Below, one piece after another: positions 12,601-26,296 of a stretch of DNA of 64,000 bases. The DNA is taken from NCBI GenBank assembly GCA_977862235.1, contig OZ374560.1:2728001-2792000 (forward strand), read 5' to 3'. The first letter of the stretch is position 1; every line of letters begins with the position of its first letter. The notes under the pieces were generated by a model. The model made no database searches. It worked only from the letters and a program-made list of their open reading frames with translations, and was not told where the DNA came from. The position numbers were made by a program, and so were the translations under genes. This DNA is from Dudresnaya verticillata (taxonomy: Eukaryota).

Positions 12601-15600
12601 AGGTGGCCACGTGTGAGCCACGTGTACAGTCGGTGGCCACGTATCATACTTGCGCGCGCTCACCGCCGTCCGCGCGCCGACGGCGCAACTTCATTGGCCA
12701 AGTGTCTTCGTTTGGTTGGGCCGATCGTACAGTTGGCCCGTCGATTTGCTTCCTTTCGGCGGCCCCCTTGCCGTTGCACCACACCGTAGACAGCGGTCTG
12801 CTGCGCTTACGTGTGCTCATCGCCGCACACACCGGACGAGGAGGACACCGCGGTATCGCACCGACTAAGGCAATCGTGCGCGAACACTTCCGCTGGACGT
12901 CAATGGCTAAGGACGTGGAGGCATTCGTGAAAACGTGCCTGCATTGCCTCTGCACCGCGTCAGGAAGGACAATCCCGAGACCCATGGGGTACAGTCTACA
13001 TGCCGACGGTCCTAACAAGATCTTGCACTTCGACTTCTGCTACATTGGCAAGAGCGACAAGGCGTTTCTGTACGTGCTGATCCTGAAGGACGACTTTAGC
13101 TCCTTCGGTTGGCTTTTCCCTTTCGAGGCCGCAGACGCCTCGTCGACAGTGGACGCCCTGATGGAATGGTTCTCCTCATTCGGGGTCGTCCTACAGTGGG
13201 TATCCGACCGGGGACCCCATTTCAAGAACGAAGTCGTAGCAGGACTCAGCAAGAAGCTGCGAGGCTCTCAACACTTCACACTCCCATACTGTCCATGGAC
13301 TAATGGTACAATAGAGGTGGTTTGCCGGGAACTTATGCGCGTTCTTAGAGCCCTCACGTCTGAGTTCCAAATACCTTTCAAGTCGTGGCGGTCCGTGCCA
13401 GTCTTTGAAAGACACAGAGCCTAAGGGAAAAGGGGGAAAAGGGGCGGCGCCACCCAGCTCGCACAGAGCAACCGTCGTGTGGAGGCAAGGCTCGTAAAGC
13501 ACCTGAAAGGGAGGTTACGGTGAGTCCGTGAATTCCAAAAAAAGGGTAAAGACCCGAAACCCACCGTGGGTTCTATTCAGGAGGCCCCTGCTACTCAGGG
13601 GCCTATTAAGTATACAGAGCCGAAAATGCTCTTACCTCCTATGAGCTATTCTAAGCGATTCTAACTGTCATTATTAATCTAATTGTACTGTTGTCAGTTA
13701 TAAATACGGATGAGTTGTAGTACCGCGTCGGGACGCGTGAGCGGCCACAATAAATTACCCAATGGCAATTTGCCATCAGTTTTGGTGCCAGCAGGGACGC
13801 CAGCGAGGCGCATCGCCCTTACAGCGCACGGTGCTTGTGCGCGCCTTACAGCTTGATGCGCGTGGGCGTCTTACACCTTGATGCGCATAAATGACTTACA
13901 GTGCGCCAGCACTCCTGCTGCGGCTCATTCTTCTACAGCAACGTAGCCAATCGGAATTTCCGAACTTCTAGGTCGGGGGACCAAATGTAGTGCAATCCCA
14001 CTCGGTATAATCGAGGATGCAGCTCAGGCAGTTCGAGGGCCTGGTGGTAGCAGGTGAGGTTGTAGCGGTACAGCAGGGGAATAGCCCCGTAGTGCGACTG
14101 TAAAACACTACAAGACCGAGAACTGTAGCACAACGGGTCCAGCCCAGGAAGAGCAAAAAGAACAAAGGACACCTGTCCGGAACCGTCGTGCTCACATGTA
14201 CCTCGGGTGTGGTAGAGGCTTGGTAGAATGGCGCTAGGCCAGGAAAAAGGAAAAGGAAAAAGGGGGACGCGACCCGGTATTCCGCAGGGAACCTGCCGTA
14301 CGGTGACGAGCCTGTAGTTGGCGTCCAAAAAGGGAACGGGAAGCGCCCGGAATCCAGAAAATGATCAAGACCGAGAAACTCCCCGTGGGGTTCAATCAGG
14401 GGTGCCCTGCCATTCAGGGGACCAATAAATAGGGCTTGTGCCCGTGCTAATACTAACTACTACAGTGTACTGTACACGAATTACATTGAGCAGTGGGAGG
14501 CGGATCTACGCCCCTGTGGCGGCGTATAATCGGGAAATATCCCAACGCCGCACCAATGATCAGGCGCCAATTGCGCGTCTGAGGCGCAGATGATTTCGCG
14601 CCAGGCGCCAATCACGTGTCGCATCATGGCGCAGTCCAGCAATGCCAGCGCCTTACAGGGCATTGGCCCGTTAAAACTTACAGCGTCGAGCGCCCACTTG
14701 GCGCAAATCGCCGTTATGCCACACGGCCCCCCTCGTAAGACCGAGAGCCCCGCGAGGTCTGAACCGTCTCTGTGCCACAGTTTCCAATTTGCATTGGCGT
14801 TCTGCCAGATTTGTCGGGCCAAAGCCGTTGCAGCGTAACGTTGCGACTGGGACGCAACGTTGGCCAGGAGGAGCAGGGAGTTTCCCCTTCCCGTCGGAAG
14901 AGAAAACGGCCTTCTCAACCTTTTCCAGACGCTCATCATAACGTTCTGCTATGGCCGTAAGTGCACCGTCTAGAATGACGGAGTGTATCTCCTGGCGAAG
15001 CTGCTGGTCCCTAATCAGAGCCGTGGTGGACATCTTGACTTGCATCTCGCCAAACTGGTTCTTTACCTCTTGCTGCCACTCGGCCGTACGTCGCTTATAC
15101 TGGTAGAACTCTTGCCGGCCCAACCAAACGTCGTGTTCTGGCTGGGAATCATCATCAACTGGAGGTGGACGAAGATTGGCAGGAGCGGCCAGCGGGGTCA
15201 TCGGCGGCGCTGTGGCCGCCGGTGGCGTGCGCCATGGCGAGACCGGTGGGGCTGTCCGCGGCAGTGCCTCATTACGGACGGCACCTGCTGTGGAAGCTGA
15301 CCCTGCTCGTCCAACTGTCGGAGGAATGAACTGGCCAGCCGATAACGGGGCCGGAGGAGCTGGTGTTGGCCCCGATAACGGTGGATACAGGCCAGGAGCA
15401 GGGGGTGGGCCTATGGGAGCTCCCAACGTGGAGGGAGGCGGAGCCGAGTCTTGTAAGGACTGCGGTTGTCCGCCTGCCTGTGAAGAAGAAGAAGACATGA
15501 CGAAGTACTTCGGAGACTGATTGGCCAGATACTTCTAGCGATTCGTGGCCACCCCGTGGCCGACGTGTGCAAAGTGGCCTTCCTGGGAACCACACTGTCG

Positions 15601-18600
15601 TGTGCAAAACACAGGGGTGGGAACGGACGATTCCGAGCTAATAGTCCCTATACTAAGGGCCGGACACTGCCGTGTGCAAAGCTCCCTGTGCTGGGAACGA
15701 ACCAGCGAGTGTACAAAGTGGCCAACCTGGGAACGAACCAAGCGACGGGTATCTGGCCTGTGACCTAGACTGTGGCCACAGAAACGGGTTGAAGTAAACT
15801 GACAATCAGATTGCGGAACCGGGTAGTTACTAACCCGCAATCTGCAACTTGCGGGGTTTGGCCACCACAGTAGCGAGGAAGAAACTGGCCGTCGTCGACT
15901 ACGGCCAGCTACTCGAGTCTTCTAACGGAGAATTACGGCCGAAATCACAACTGATCTTCTAGGTCGGGAGACCAGTGTAGTATCTCTAGAGCACCACCGC
16001 GTACGGCAGCCCAACGAGACCCCAAGAAGACCACAAAGACCTGTCGGATTTGACCAAAACTGGCCAGAACGTAGAGCGGACCTGCGCGCCGGTAGCAAGC
16101 GTGGTAGAGCGGGAGCGCGCAGACGAAGTCGTGGCCAGTATCCGTGATGAGGACGGAAAATGGCCAAGTCGGGGGTTCAGTTGCTAACTTTACTCCCAAC
16201 CTCTGGCGGGACGGCTTCGTACCTTTTTCGGCTTAGCCGTAGTGTGTGGCCAGCTAAGTAGGCCCAAAATTGGCCATCAGAGCTAATCTAGAGCTATTCT
16301 ACAGTTAGTGGCCGAGGTTACTCCGGTCGGCCATAATATCTACTTGTGTTCCGGCGTCGGGCCAATGTTGTACCCTTACCAGACTAAACCAAGTACTTGT
16401 TCGTTAGTGGTTGGCCAAATGAGTTAGATTTTCCCTTGATTTTTCCACTGTCTTCCCTTTGATTCACCTTGCGGCCAAATCCAATTTCCATTTGTGTCCT
16501 GGCCGAGAACCGGATCATACGTGTACAGCGGGCCACGTGGTGCGCTTCAGTGTCGTAGGTGGCCACGTGTGAGCCACGTGTACAGTCGGTGGCCACGTAT
16601 CATACTTGCGCGCGCTCACCGCCGTCCGCGCGCCGACGGCGCAACTTCATTGGCCAAGTGTCTTCGTTTGGTTGGGCCGATCGTACAGTTGGCCCGTCGA
16701 TTTGCTTCCTTTCGGCGGCCCCCTTGCCGTTGCACCACACCGTAGACAGCGGTCTGCTGCGCTTACGTGTGCTCATCGCCGCACACACCGGACGAGGAGG
16801 ACACCGCGGTATCGCACCGACTAAGGCAATCGTGCGCGAACACTTCCGCTGGACGTCAATGGCTAAGGACGTGGAGGCATTCGTGAAAACGTGCCTGCAT
16901 TGCCTCTGCACCGCGTCAGGAAGGACAATCCCGAGACCCATGGGGTACAGTCTACATGCCGACGGTCCTAACAAGATCTTGCACTTCGACTTCTGCTACA
17001 TTGGCAAGAGCGACAAGGCGTTTCTGTACGTGCTGATCCTGAAGGACGACTTTAGCTCCTTCGGTTGGCTTTTCCCTTTCGAGGCCGCAGACGCCTCGTC
17101 GACAGTGGACGCCCTGATGGAATGGTTCTCCTCATTCGGGGTCGTCCTACAGTGGGTATCCGACCGGGGACCCCATTTCAAGAACGAAGTCGTAGCAGGA
17201 CTCAGCAAGAAGCTGCGAGGCTCTCAACACTTCACACTCCCATACTGTCCATGGACTAATGGTACAATAGAGGTGGTTTGCCGGGAACTTATGCGCGTTC
17301 TTAGAGCCCTCACGTCTGAGTTCCAAATACCTTTCAAGTCGTGGCGGTCCGTGCCAGTCTTTGAAAGACACAGAGCCTAAGGGAAAAGGGGGAAAAGGGG
17401 CGGCGCCACCCAGCTCGCACAGAGCAACCGTCGTGTGGAGACAAGGCTCGTAAAGCACCTGAAAGGGAGGTTACGGTGAGTCCGTGAATTCCAAAAAAAG
17501 GGTAAAGACCCGAAACCCACCGTGGGTTCTATTCAGGAGGCCCCTGCTACTCAGGGGCCTATTAAGTATACAGAGCCGAAAATGCTCTTACCTCCTATGA
17601 GCTATTCTAAGCGATTCTAACTGTCATTATTAATCTAATTGTACTGTTGTCAGTTATAAATACGGATGAGTTGTAGTACCGCGTCGGGACGCGTGAGCGG
17701 CCACAATAAATTACCCAATGGCAATTTGCCATCAGTTTTGGTGCCAGCAGGGACGCCAGCGAGGCGCATCGCCCTTACAGCGCACGGTGCTTGTGCGCGC
17801 CTTACAGCTTGATGCGCGTGGGCGTCTTACACCTTGATGCGCATAAATGACTTACAGTGCGCCAGCACTCCTGCTGCGGCTCATTCTTCTACAGCAACGT
17901 AGCCAATCGGAATTTCCGAACTTCTAGGTCGGGGGACCAAATGTAGTGCAATCCCACTCGGTATAATCGAGGATGCAGCTCAGGCAGTTCGAGGGCCTGG
18001 TGGTAGCAGGTGAGGTTGTAGCGGTACAGCAGGGGAATAGCCCCGTAGTGCGACTGTAAAACACTACAAGACCGAGAACTGTAGCACAACGGGTCCAGCC
18101 CAGGAAGAGCAAAAAGAACAAAGGACACCTGTCCGGAACCGTCGTGCTCACATGTACCTCGGGTGTGGTAGAGGCTTGGTAGAATGGCGCTAGGCCAGGA
18201 AAAAGGAAAAGGAAAAAGGGGGACGCGACCCGGTATTCCGCAGGGAACCTGCCGTACGGTGACGAGCCTGTAGTTGGCGTCCAAAAAGGGAACGGGAAGC
18301 GCCCGGAATCCAGAAAATGATCAAGACCGAGAAACTCCCCGTGGGGTTCAATCAGGGGTGCCCTGCCATTCAGGGGACCAATAAATAGGGCTTGTGCCCG
18401 TGCTAATACTAACTACTACAGTGTACTGTACACGAATTACATTGAGCAGTGGGAGGCGGATCTACGCCCCTGTGGCGGCGTATAATCGGGAAATATCCCA
18501 ACGCCGCACCAATGATCAGGCGCCAATTGCGCGTCTGAGGCGCAGATGATTTCGCGCCAGGCGCCAATCACGTGTCGCATCATGGCGCAGTCCAGCAATG

Positions 18601-21600
18601 CCAGCGCCTTACAGGGCATTGGCCCGTTAAAACTTACAGCGTCGAGCGCCCACTTGGCGCAAATCGCCGTTATGCCACACGGCCCCCCTCGTAAGACCGA
18701 GAGCCCCGCGAGGTCTGAACCGTCTCTGTGCCACAGTTTCCAATTTGCATTGGCGTTCTGCCAGATTTGTCGGGCCAAAGCCGTTGCAGCGTAACGTTGC
18801 GACTGGGACGCAACGTTGGCCAGGAGGAGCAGGGAGTTTCCCCTTCCCGTCGGAAGAGAAAACGGCCTTCTCAACCTTTTCCAGACGCTCATCATAACGT
18901 TCTGCTATGGCCGTAAGTGCACCGTCTAGAATGACGGAGTGTATCTCCTGGCGAAGCTGCTGGTCCCTAATCAGAGCCGTGGTGGACATCTTGACTTGCA
19001 TCTCGCCAAACTGGTTCTTTACCTCTTGCTGCCACTCGGCCGTACGTCGCTTATACTGGTAGAACTCTTGCCGGCCCAACCAAACGTCGTGTTCTGGCTG
19101 GGAATCATCATCAACTGGAGGTGGACGAAGATTGGCAGGAGCGGCCAGCGGGGTCATCGGCGGCGCTGTGGCCGCCGGTGGCGTGCGCCATGGCGAGACC
19201 GGTGGGGCTGTCCGCGGCAGTGCCTCATTACGGACGGCACCTGCTGTGGAAGCTGACCCTGCTCGTCCAACTGTCGGAGGAATGAACTGGCCAGCCGATA
19301 ACGGGGCCGGAGGAGCTGGTGTTGGCCCCGATAACGGTGGATACAGGCCAGGAGCAGGGGGTGGGCCTATGGGAGCTCCCAACGTGGAGGGAGGCGGAGC
19401 CGAGTCTTGTAAGGACTGCGGTTGTCCGCCTGCCTGTGAAGAAGAAGAAGACATGACGAAGTACTTCGGAGACTGATTGGCCAGATACTTCTAGCGATTC
19501 GTGGCCACCCCGTGGCCGACGTGTGCAAAGTGGCCTTCCTGGGAACCACACTGTCGTGTGCAAAACACAGGGGTGGGAACGGACGATTCCGAGCTAATAG
19601 TCCCTATACTAAGGGCCGGACACTGCCGTGTGCAAAGCTCCCTGTGCTGGGAACGAACCAGCGAGTGTACAAAGTGGCCAACCTGGGAACGAACCAAGCG
19701 ACGGGTATCTGGCCTGTGACCTAGACTGTGGCCACAGAAACGGGTTGAAGTAAACTGACAATCAGATTGCGGAACCGGGTAGTTACTAACCCGCAATCTG
19801 CAACTTGCGGGGTTTGGCCACCACAGTAGCGAGGAAGAAACTGGCCGTCGTCGACTACGGCCAGCTACTCGAGTCTTCTAACGGAGAATTACGGCCGAAA
19901 TCACAACTGATCTTCTAGGTCGGGAGACCAGTGTAGTATCTCTAGAGCACCACCGCGTACGGCAGCCCAACGAGACCCCAAGAAGACCACAAAGACCTGT
20001 CGGATTTGACCAAAACTGGCCAGAACGTAGAGCGGACCTGCGCGCCGGTAGCAAGCGTGGTAGAGCGGGAGCGCGCAGACGAAGTCGTGGCCAGTATCCG
20101 TGATGAGGACGGAAAATGGCCAAGTCGGGGGTTCAGTTGCTAACTTTACTCCCAACCTCTGGCGGGACGGCTTCGTACCTTTTTCGGCTTAGCCGTAGTG
20201 TGTGGCCAGCTAAGTAGGCCCAAAATTGGCCATCAGAGCTAATCTAGAGCTATTCTACAGTTAGTGGCCGAGGTTACTCCGGTCGGCCATAATATCTACT
20301 TGTGTTCCGGCGTCGGGCCAATGTTGTACCCTTACCAGACTAAACCAAGTACTTGTTCGTTAGTGGTTGGCCAAATGAGTTAGATTTTCCCTTGATTTTT
20401 CCACTGTCTTCCCTTTGATTCACCTTGCGGCCAAATCCAATTTCCATTTGTGTCCTGGCCGAGAACCGGATCATACGTGTACAGCGGGCCACGTGGTGCG
20501 CTTCAGTGTCGTAGGTGGCCACGTGTGAGCCACGTGTACAGTCGGTGGCCACGTATCATACTTGCGCGCGCTCACCGCCGTCCGCGCGCCGACGGCGCAA
20601 CTTCATTGGCCAAGTGTCTTCGTTTGGTTGGGCCGATCGTACAGTTGGCCCGTCGATTTGCTTCCTTTCGGCGGCCCCCTTGCCGTTGCACCACACCGTA
20701 GACAGCGGTCTGCTGCGCTTACGTGTGCTCATCGCCGCACACACCGGACGAGGAGGACACCGCGGTATCGCACCGACTAAGGCAATCGTGCGCGAACACT
20801 TCCGCTGGACGTCAATGGCTAAGGACGTGGAGGCATTCGTGAAAACGTGCCTGCATTGCCTCTGCACCGCGTCAGGAAGGACAATCCCGAGACCCATGGG
20901 GTACAGTCTACATGCCGACGGTCCTAACAAGATCTTGCACTTCGACTTCTGCTACATTGGCAAGAGCGACAAGGCGTTTCTGTACGTGCTGATCCTGAAG
21001 GACGACTTTAGCTCCTTCGGTTGGCTTTTCCCTTTCGAGGCCGCAGACGCCTCGTCGACAGTGGACGCCCTGATGGAATGGTTCTCCTCATTCGGGGTCG
21101 TCCTACAGTGGGTATCCGACCGGGGACCCCATTTCAAGAACGAAGTCGTAGCAGGACTCAGCAAGAAGCTGCGAGGCTCTCAACACTTCACACTCCCATA
21201 CTGTCCATGGACTAATGGTACAATAGAGGTGGTTTGCCGGGAACTTATGCGCGTTCTTAGAGCCCTCACGTCTGAGTTCCAAATACCTTTCAAGTCGTGG
21301 CGGTCCGTGCCAGTCTTTGAAAGACACAGAGCCTAAGGGAAAAGGGGGAAAAGGGGCGGCGCCACCCAGCTCGCACAGAGCAACCGTCGTGTGGAGACAA
21401 GGCTCGTAAAGCACCTGAAAGGGAGGTTACGGTGAGTCCGTGAATTCCAAAAAAAGGGTAAAGACCCGAAACCCACCGTGGGTTCTATTCAGGAGGCCCC
21501 TGCTACTCAGGGGCCTATTAAGTATACAGAGCCGAAAATGCTCTTACCTCCTATGAGCTATTCTAAGCGATTCTAACTGTCATTATTAATCTAATTGTAC

Positions 21601-23200
21601 TGTTGTCAGTTATAAATACGGATGAGTTGTAGTACCGCGTCGGGACGCGTGAGCGGCCACAATAAATTACCCAATGGCAATTTGCCATCAGTTTTGGTGC
21701 CAGCAGGGACGCCAGCGAGGCGCATCGCCCTTACAGCGCACGGTGCTTGTGCGCGCCTTACAGCTTGATGCGCGTGGGCGTCTTACACCTTGATGCGCAT
21801 AAATGACTTACAGTGCGCCAGCACTCCTGCTGCGGCTCATTCTTCTACAGCAACGTAGCCAATCGGAATTTCCGAACTTCTAGGTCGGGGGACCAAATGT
21901 AGTGCAATCCCACTCGGTATAATCGAGGATGCAGCTCAGGCAGTTCGAGGGCCTGGTGGTAGCAGGTGAGGTTGTAGCGGTACAGCAGGGGAATAGCCCC
22001 GTAGTGCGACTGTAAAACACTACAAGACCGAGAACTGTAGCACAACGGGTCCAGCCCAGGAAGAGCAAAAAGAACAAAGGACACCTGTCCGGAACCGTCG
22101 TGCTCACATGTACCTCGGGTGTGGTAGAGGCTTGGTAGAATGGCGCTAGGCCAGGAAAAAGGAAAAGGAAAAAGGGGGACGCGACCCGGTATTCCGCAGG
22201 GAACCTGCCGTACGGTGACGAGCCTGTAGTTGGCGTCCAAAAAGGGAACGGGAAGCGCCCGGAATCCAGAAAATGATCAAGACCGAGAAACTCCCCGTGG
22301 GGTTCAATCAGGGGTGCCCTGCCATTCAGGGGACCAATAAATAGGGCTTGTGCCCGTGCTAATACTAACTACTACAGTGTACTGTACACGAATTACATTG
22401 AGCAGTGGGAGGCGGATCTACGCCCCTGTGGCGGCGTATAATCGGGAAATATCCCAACGCCGCACCAATGATCAGGCGCCAATTGCGCGTCTGAGGCGCA
22501 GATGATTTCGCGCCAGGCGCCAATCACGTGTCGCATCATGGCGCAGTCCAGCAATGCCAGATTGGCCCGTTAAAACTTACAGCGTCGAGCGCCCACTTGG
22601 CGCAAATCGCCGTTATGCCACACGGCCCCCCTCGTAAGACCGAGAGCCCCGCGAGGTCTGAACCGTCTCTGTGCCACAGTTTCCAATTTGCATTGGCGTT
22701 CTGCCAGATTTGTCGGGCCAAAGCCGTTGCAGCGTAACGTTGCGACTGGGACGCCGTCGACGAGAAGTCCCGCACTCCGAGCCAGCGCTCCAAATAGTGA
22801 GCGTATATCAGGGTCTTCACCCGCGGCGTCGCAAGGTGTTTTGCGCCGGTACCCACCCCAACTCGCGCTCTCATCGCGGCCTCGTCGTCCCCTTTCCTCG
22901 AGCACGGGCAGTCCCTTCCTTCCACAATTCCTCAGCGGGTGAGCCTTTTCGGCAATCTCCGAGTGTCAACGCCGCGCGCGCGTCCTCCTTGCCAACTTGC
23001 ATCCCCCACGCCGTAGGGATCGCCACCGCGAGTCGACGGTCGCACGACGCTGTCATCCTCGCGCCTAACGCACATCATCCTCCCCGACCGACCGTCTGGA
23101 CAAGGCAGCGCCTTTGCAGTTTGCAGAAGAAGACCTCCGGGCCAGGCCCGTTGCAGGAGAACTATAGAAGGTCGGCGAGAGTCGCTCACGCCTTGGCACC

Positions 23201-25544
23201 ATGCCCGTGAATCCGCACTTCCAGTACGGACAGCCAGGGTCTTCCGACAATGTGGCGCCGGTCGCCGTGGTGGCGGGAGGCGTTCCCGCGGACGTAGCGG
23301 CCAGACGCGACTGGCAGGTGCGCACAGACCTGAACCATGTGCGGCCTATGGCAGGGGCCAATCGGGATGAGATACGCCGCTTGGGCGGGAAGAGGGCAGA
23401 AGCCAAGGCTTGGAACACGTTGATACGTACGCGGGTGAGTCAGCTCTCGATGACGACGTTGCGTATCTCGACCCCGGGACTATTCCCCTTCGACTTAGCG
23501 CGCGCTCGTTGGCGCTGGGAAGTGCCGTGGGTGGAGAGCATGTCGAGCTTCATGAGCGATCGGAAGTACGTCCTGGACGAAATTGCGTTATCCGACAAGT
23601 ATGACCTGCGGGCTGTAGGGCATAAGCGCCCCTTCATTCGCGCGGGTCGGGACAACTTCCCCTACAACACCATGCGGATCACACTTCCGAATAACCGAAC
23701 GACGTACAAGTACCATCTGGATACGCCGCAGACGGCTCTCCCGCACGAAGCGGCCCGCTTTGAGCGTCGCCAGCGGCATCGGACCGGCTGTTTGGTTCCG
23801 TGCCATTGCCAAGAGGTTACGGCTCTTAAGCCTGAGATGTTCACGAGTAAGTATCCTCAGATACCACCGGACTACGAATACTACGAGTATCGTATTCGAT
23901 GCTGGTGGGAGTGCCCACCATCGTCGCCTACCTAGGCTTGGAGTTGGTGCAGTCGTCCAACACGAACCTGTTGTGACTCCTCTACCGGCACGAACGGATC
24001 GTGCTGATCACCCAAGTCTTCATGTACGAGGCGCGGAAAGGCCGCCTATTCTTCATCAACCAGAAGATACGTGATGATATTCGCGAGATCGGCTCGTCGG
24101 AGTTTACGGCCAATGCAGATGATGCCGTTGACTTCGACTCGCTCCTTCTCTTTGTTGAGCGTATCGTCTGGCGAAGAGCGTCGAAGCAAAATCGGTTCTT
24201 GCCCGCAGATACGGGCACTATCACACCGGTGTTTGACTGTGGGGTTTGGGTAGACTTCGACCCTGAGGCCTGGGTGCCGGATATTCCCGAAGACTTACTC
24301 AAGGGTGTCCCAGTGGACCCGGCTTCCTTGGAAGCCGATGAAGGCATGCACCTGCGATCCGGCTTTACCGCGGGATGGGTGTGCAACAACTGGCAAGAGC
24401 CGAAGACGCCTGCGGAGGTGCCCGCGTACGATGCCTTGACCGATGGTCAACCTCTGGGCCCCTACGCCCCTCCGGTTTTTCACGGCCGTAGCAAGGCGGA
24501 CGCCGCGATTCGTGAAGTGTTCCGCCAGCGCGGTTTGGCTGTGAGGCTCCACAACCACTGGAATATCCAGAATCTGACGGTGCACTCCCTCGCGGATTGG
24601 GTAGAAGCAGCCATGGTTGACTACGAAGCCTCGTGGCTTACGGTTCCGGGGCCCATCCATCGTATGTCGGAACATTTCCGAGGCTTGCCCCGTTTGGGCG
24701 AGTCCGCTAAGGTGGAGCGAGACGCGCCTGTCGCGCGAGAAGAGTTGGCCAACACTGCGACCAGTTCGGCTCCAGCGGCATCTACAGCCATCGTTACCGC
24801 CCCCGCGGCCACTGCGTCGGAAGCTCCTGCCGGAGATACTCGACCCAGAGGCCGTCATGGCATCGGTTCAGCTGGCGTTGAGCCCGTCAGGAGGAGGAGA
24901 TAGCGCAAGGCTTGGCCATTCAAGGAGTCACGATACCTGGCACTCCGGGGAGTGCCCCACTTGCCGAGAGACGCGATGATCGCGAGGGCGACGCGGCAAT
25001 GGCGTCTCTTCCTCCTATTTCGGAAGCTACCCTTGGGGCCTTTCCGTCTCAAGAGCCAAAAACAACGGCAGCAGCAACGGCACCGGCCAGCGGGGGAGAT
25101 GAGGATCGGATTGAGCCGGTCGCTCCTGCTGCGACGACTGCTCCAGCGTCCACTTCGGCCCCTGGGGCAGCGATGATGTCTTCCCTGCCGCCGGGTGAGG
25201 CGCCGACGTCACTACCTATTGAAGGCAATGCGATGTCCGGGCCTGGCCCGATCGAGGCTGATTCAGTGCAACTCGTCTCTAGGACGGCAGCAGTAGTCAG
25301 CGCCAGGGTGTCGCCCGATGAGGAGTCGAAAGTCATGCCGGAAGAAGGCGGGGGCCTGGTTAAGACCGAGCTCGTCATTAAGGAAGAGCTCGAAGAGGAG
25401 CCAACTCCTATGGGAACGGGCCCTGCTCAGCCGCGAGTGCGTCGCATCATCCGCGAAGTGCGGTGTATCGTTCACCCGGTTGGTGCCGTGCGTCCAGCTA
25501 ATGTGTACAACGACGAGGTAGTTGACCTGACGGAGGATGAGTAG
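23201..25544 (+). pseudogene. Antisense accessory ORF of element F (disrupted, about 780 codons), unknown function
   Basis: Adjacent ORFs 23201-23935, 24001-24903 and 24912-25544, joined by frameshifts and a TGA. Aligns by eye with the G and B antisense ORFs. Ends EVVDLTEDE*. Confidence 0.75.
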
Positions 25545-26296
25545 ACTCCCATCCTCCTGTTGCTCATTAGGGCGTTTAGCCCAAGAAGTTAGAGCGGGTT
25601 TGCCGCGTAGAAGTTAATGTCTGTGCATGAGTTAAGAATAAAAGTCACTGTTGACGGGGGAATTCGCCAAGCTAATGGCCGCCGCCAACATTGGTCGGGT
25701 TAGTGTTGGAGTTAAAGTGCGCGTCGTGCGCGAGTTAGCCTCGTTGGTTTGTACAGTAGGTCAGGGGCCTCAGCCCTGTTCCAGCTTTCTGGAATAGGGA
25801 GTGAGCCTCCGCTCCATGACACCTGCGCCGTTTGGCAGAGAGAGAAGAGGGCAATTATCCTCGGATTCCAAGCGTAGCGGCGAACGGGTCGAGAACGCCC
25901 CCTAGCGTTGCGTCGAGGCCAGCCTCTAAGGCAGGCAGCTTACTGCCTTCCCCCTCGTAGTGGGGAAGGAGACAGTTATTTCCAAAACAATGCTTGCCGT
26001 ACGTGCGCGTACAATATTCGGTATCATACCGTCGCTAGACAGTGTCCTTTCCCACTTGAGATATATCTCCTCTCGCTGTGCGGCCACAGTACGCCCAACG
26101 GCATCAAGTGCCAGCACTGTGCTATTTTGGCTTACACCTCTGCCCGTGGCATCGGACGGTGCCGCCTCGCATTGTATCAGGCCGTGAAGCCAAAGGGGGT
26201 GTTGAGGCCGAGATATCTCTACCATATGGTAATCCGCCTATCTCCAGGCGCTTGCCAACTCCCGTCCCAATGGGGGAGCTATGTCGCATACGCGAG

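Larger units (their letters stand above)
1..22754. repeat. Tandem array of a 3956-bp unit, about 5.75 copies in the window, assembled from fragments of five LTR retroelements
   Basis: AGTTACTAACCCGCAATC recurs at 1, 3957, 7913, 11869, 15825 and 19781, and the ORF track repeats at +3956. The array ends after GGGACGC at 22754, where native element F sequence continues. Confidence 0.98.
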
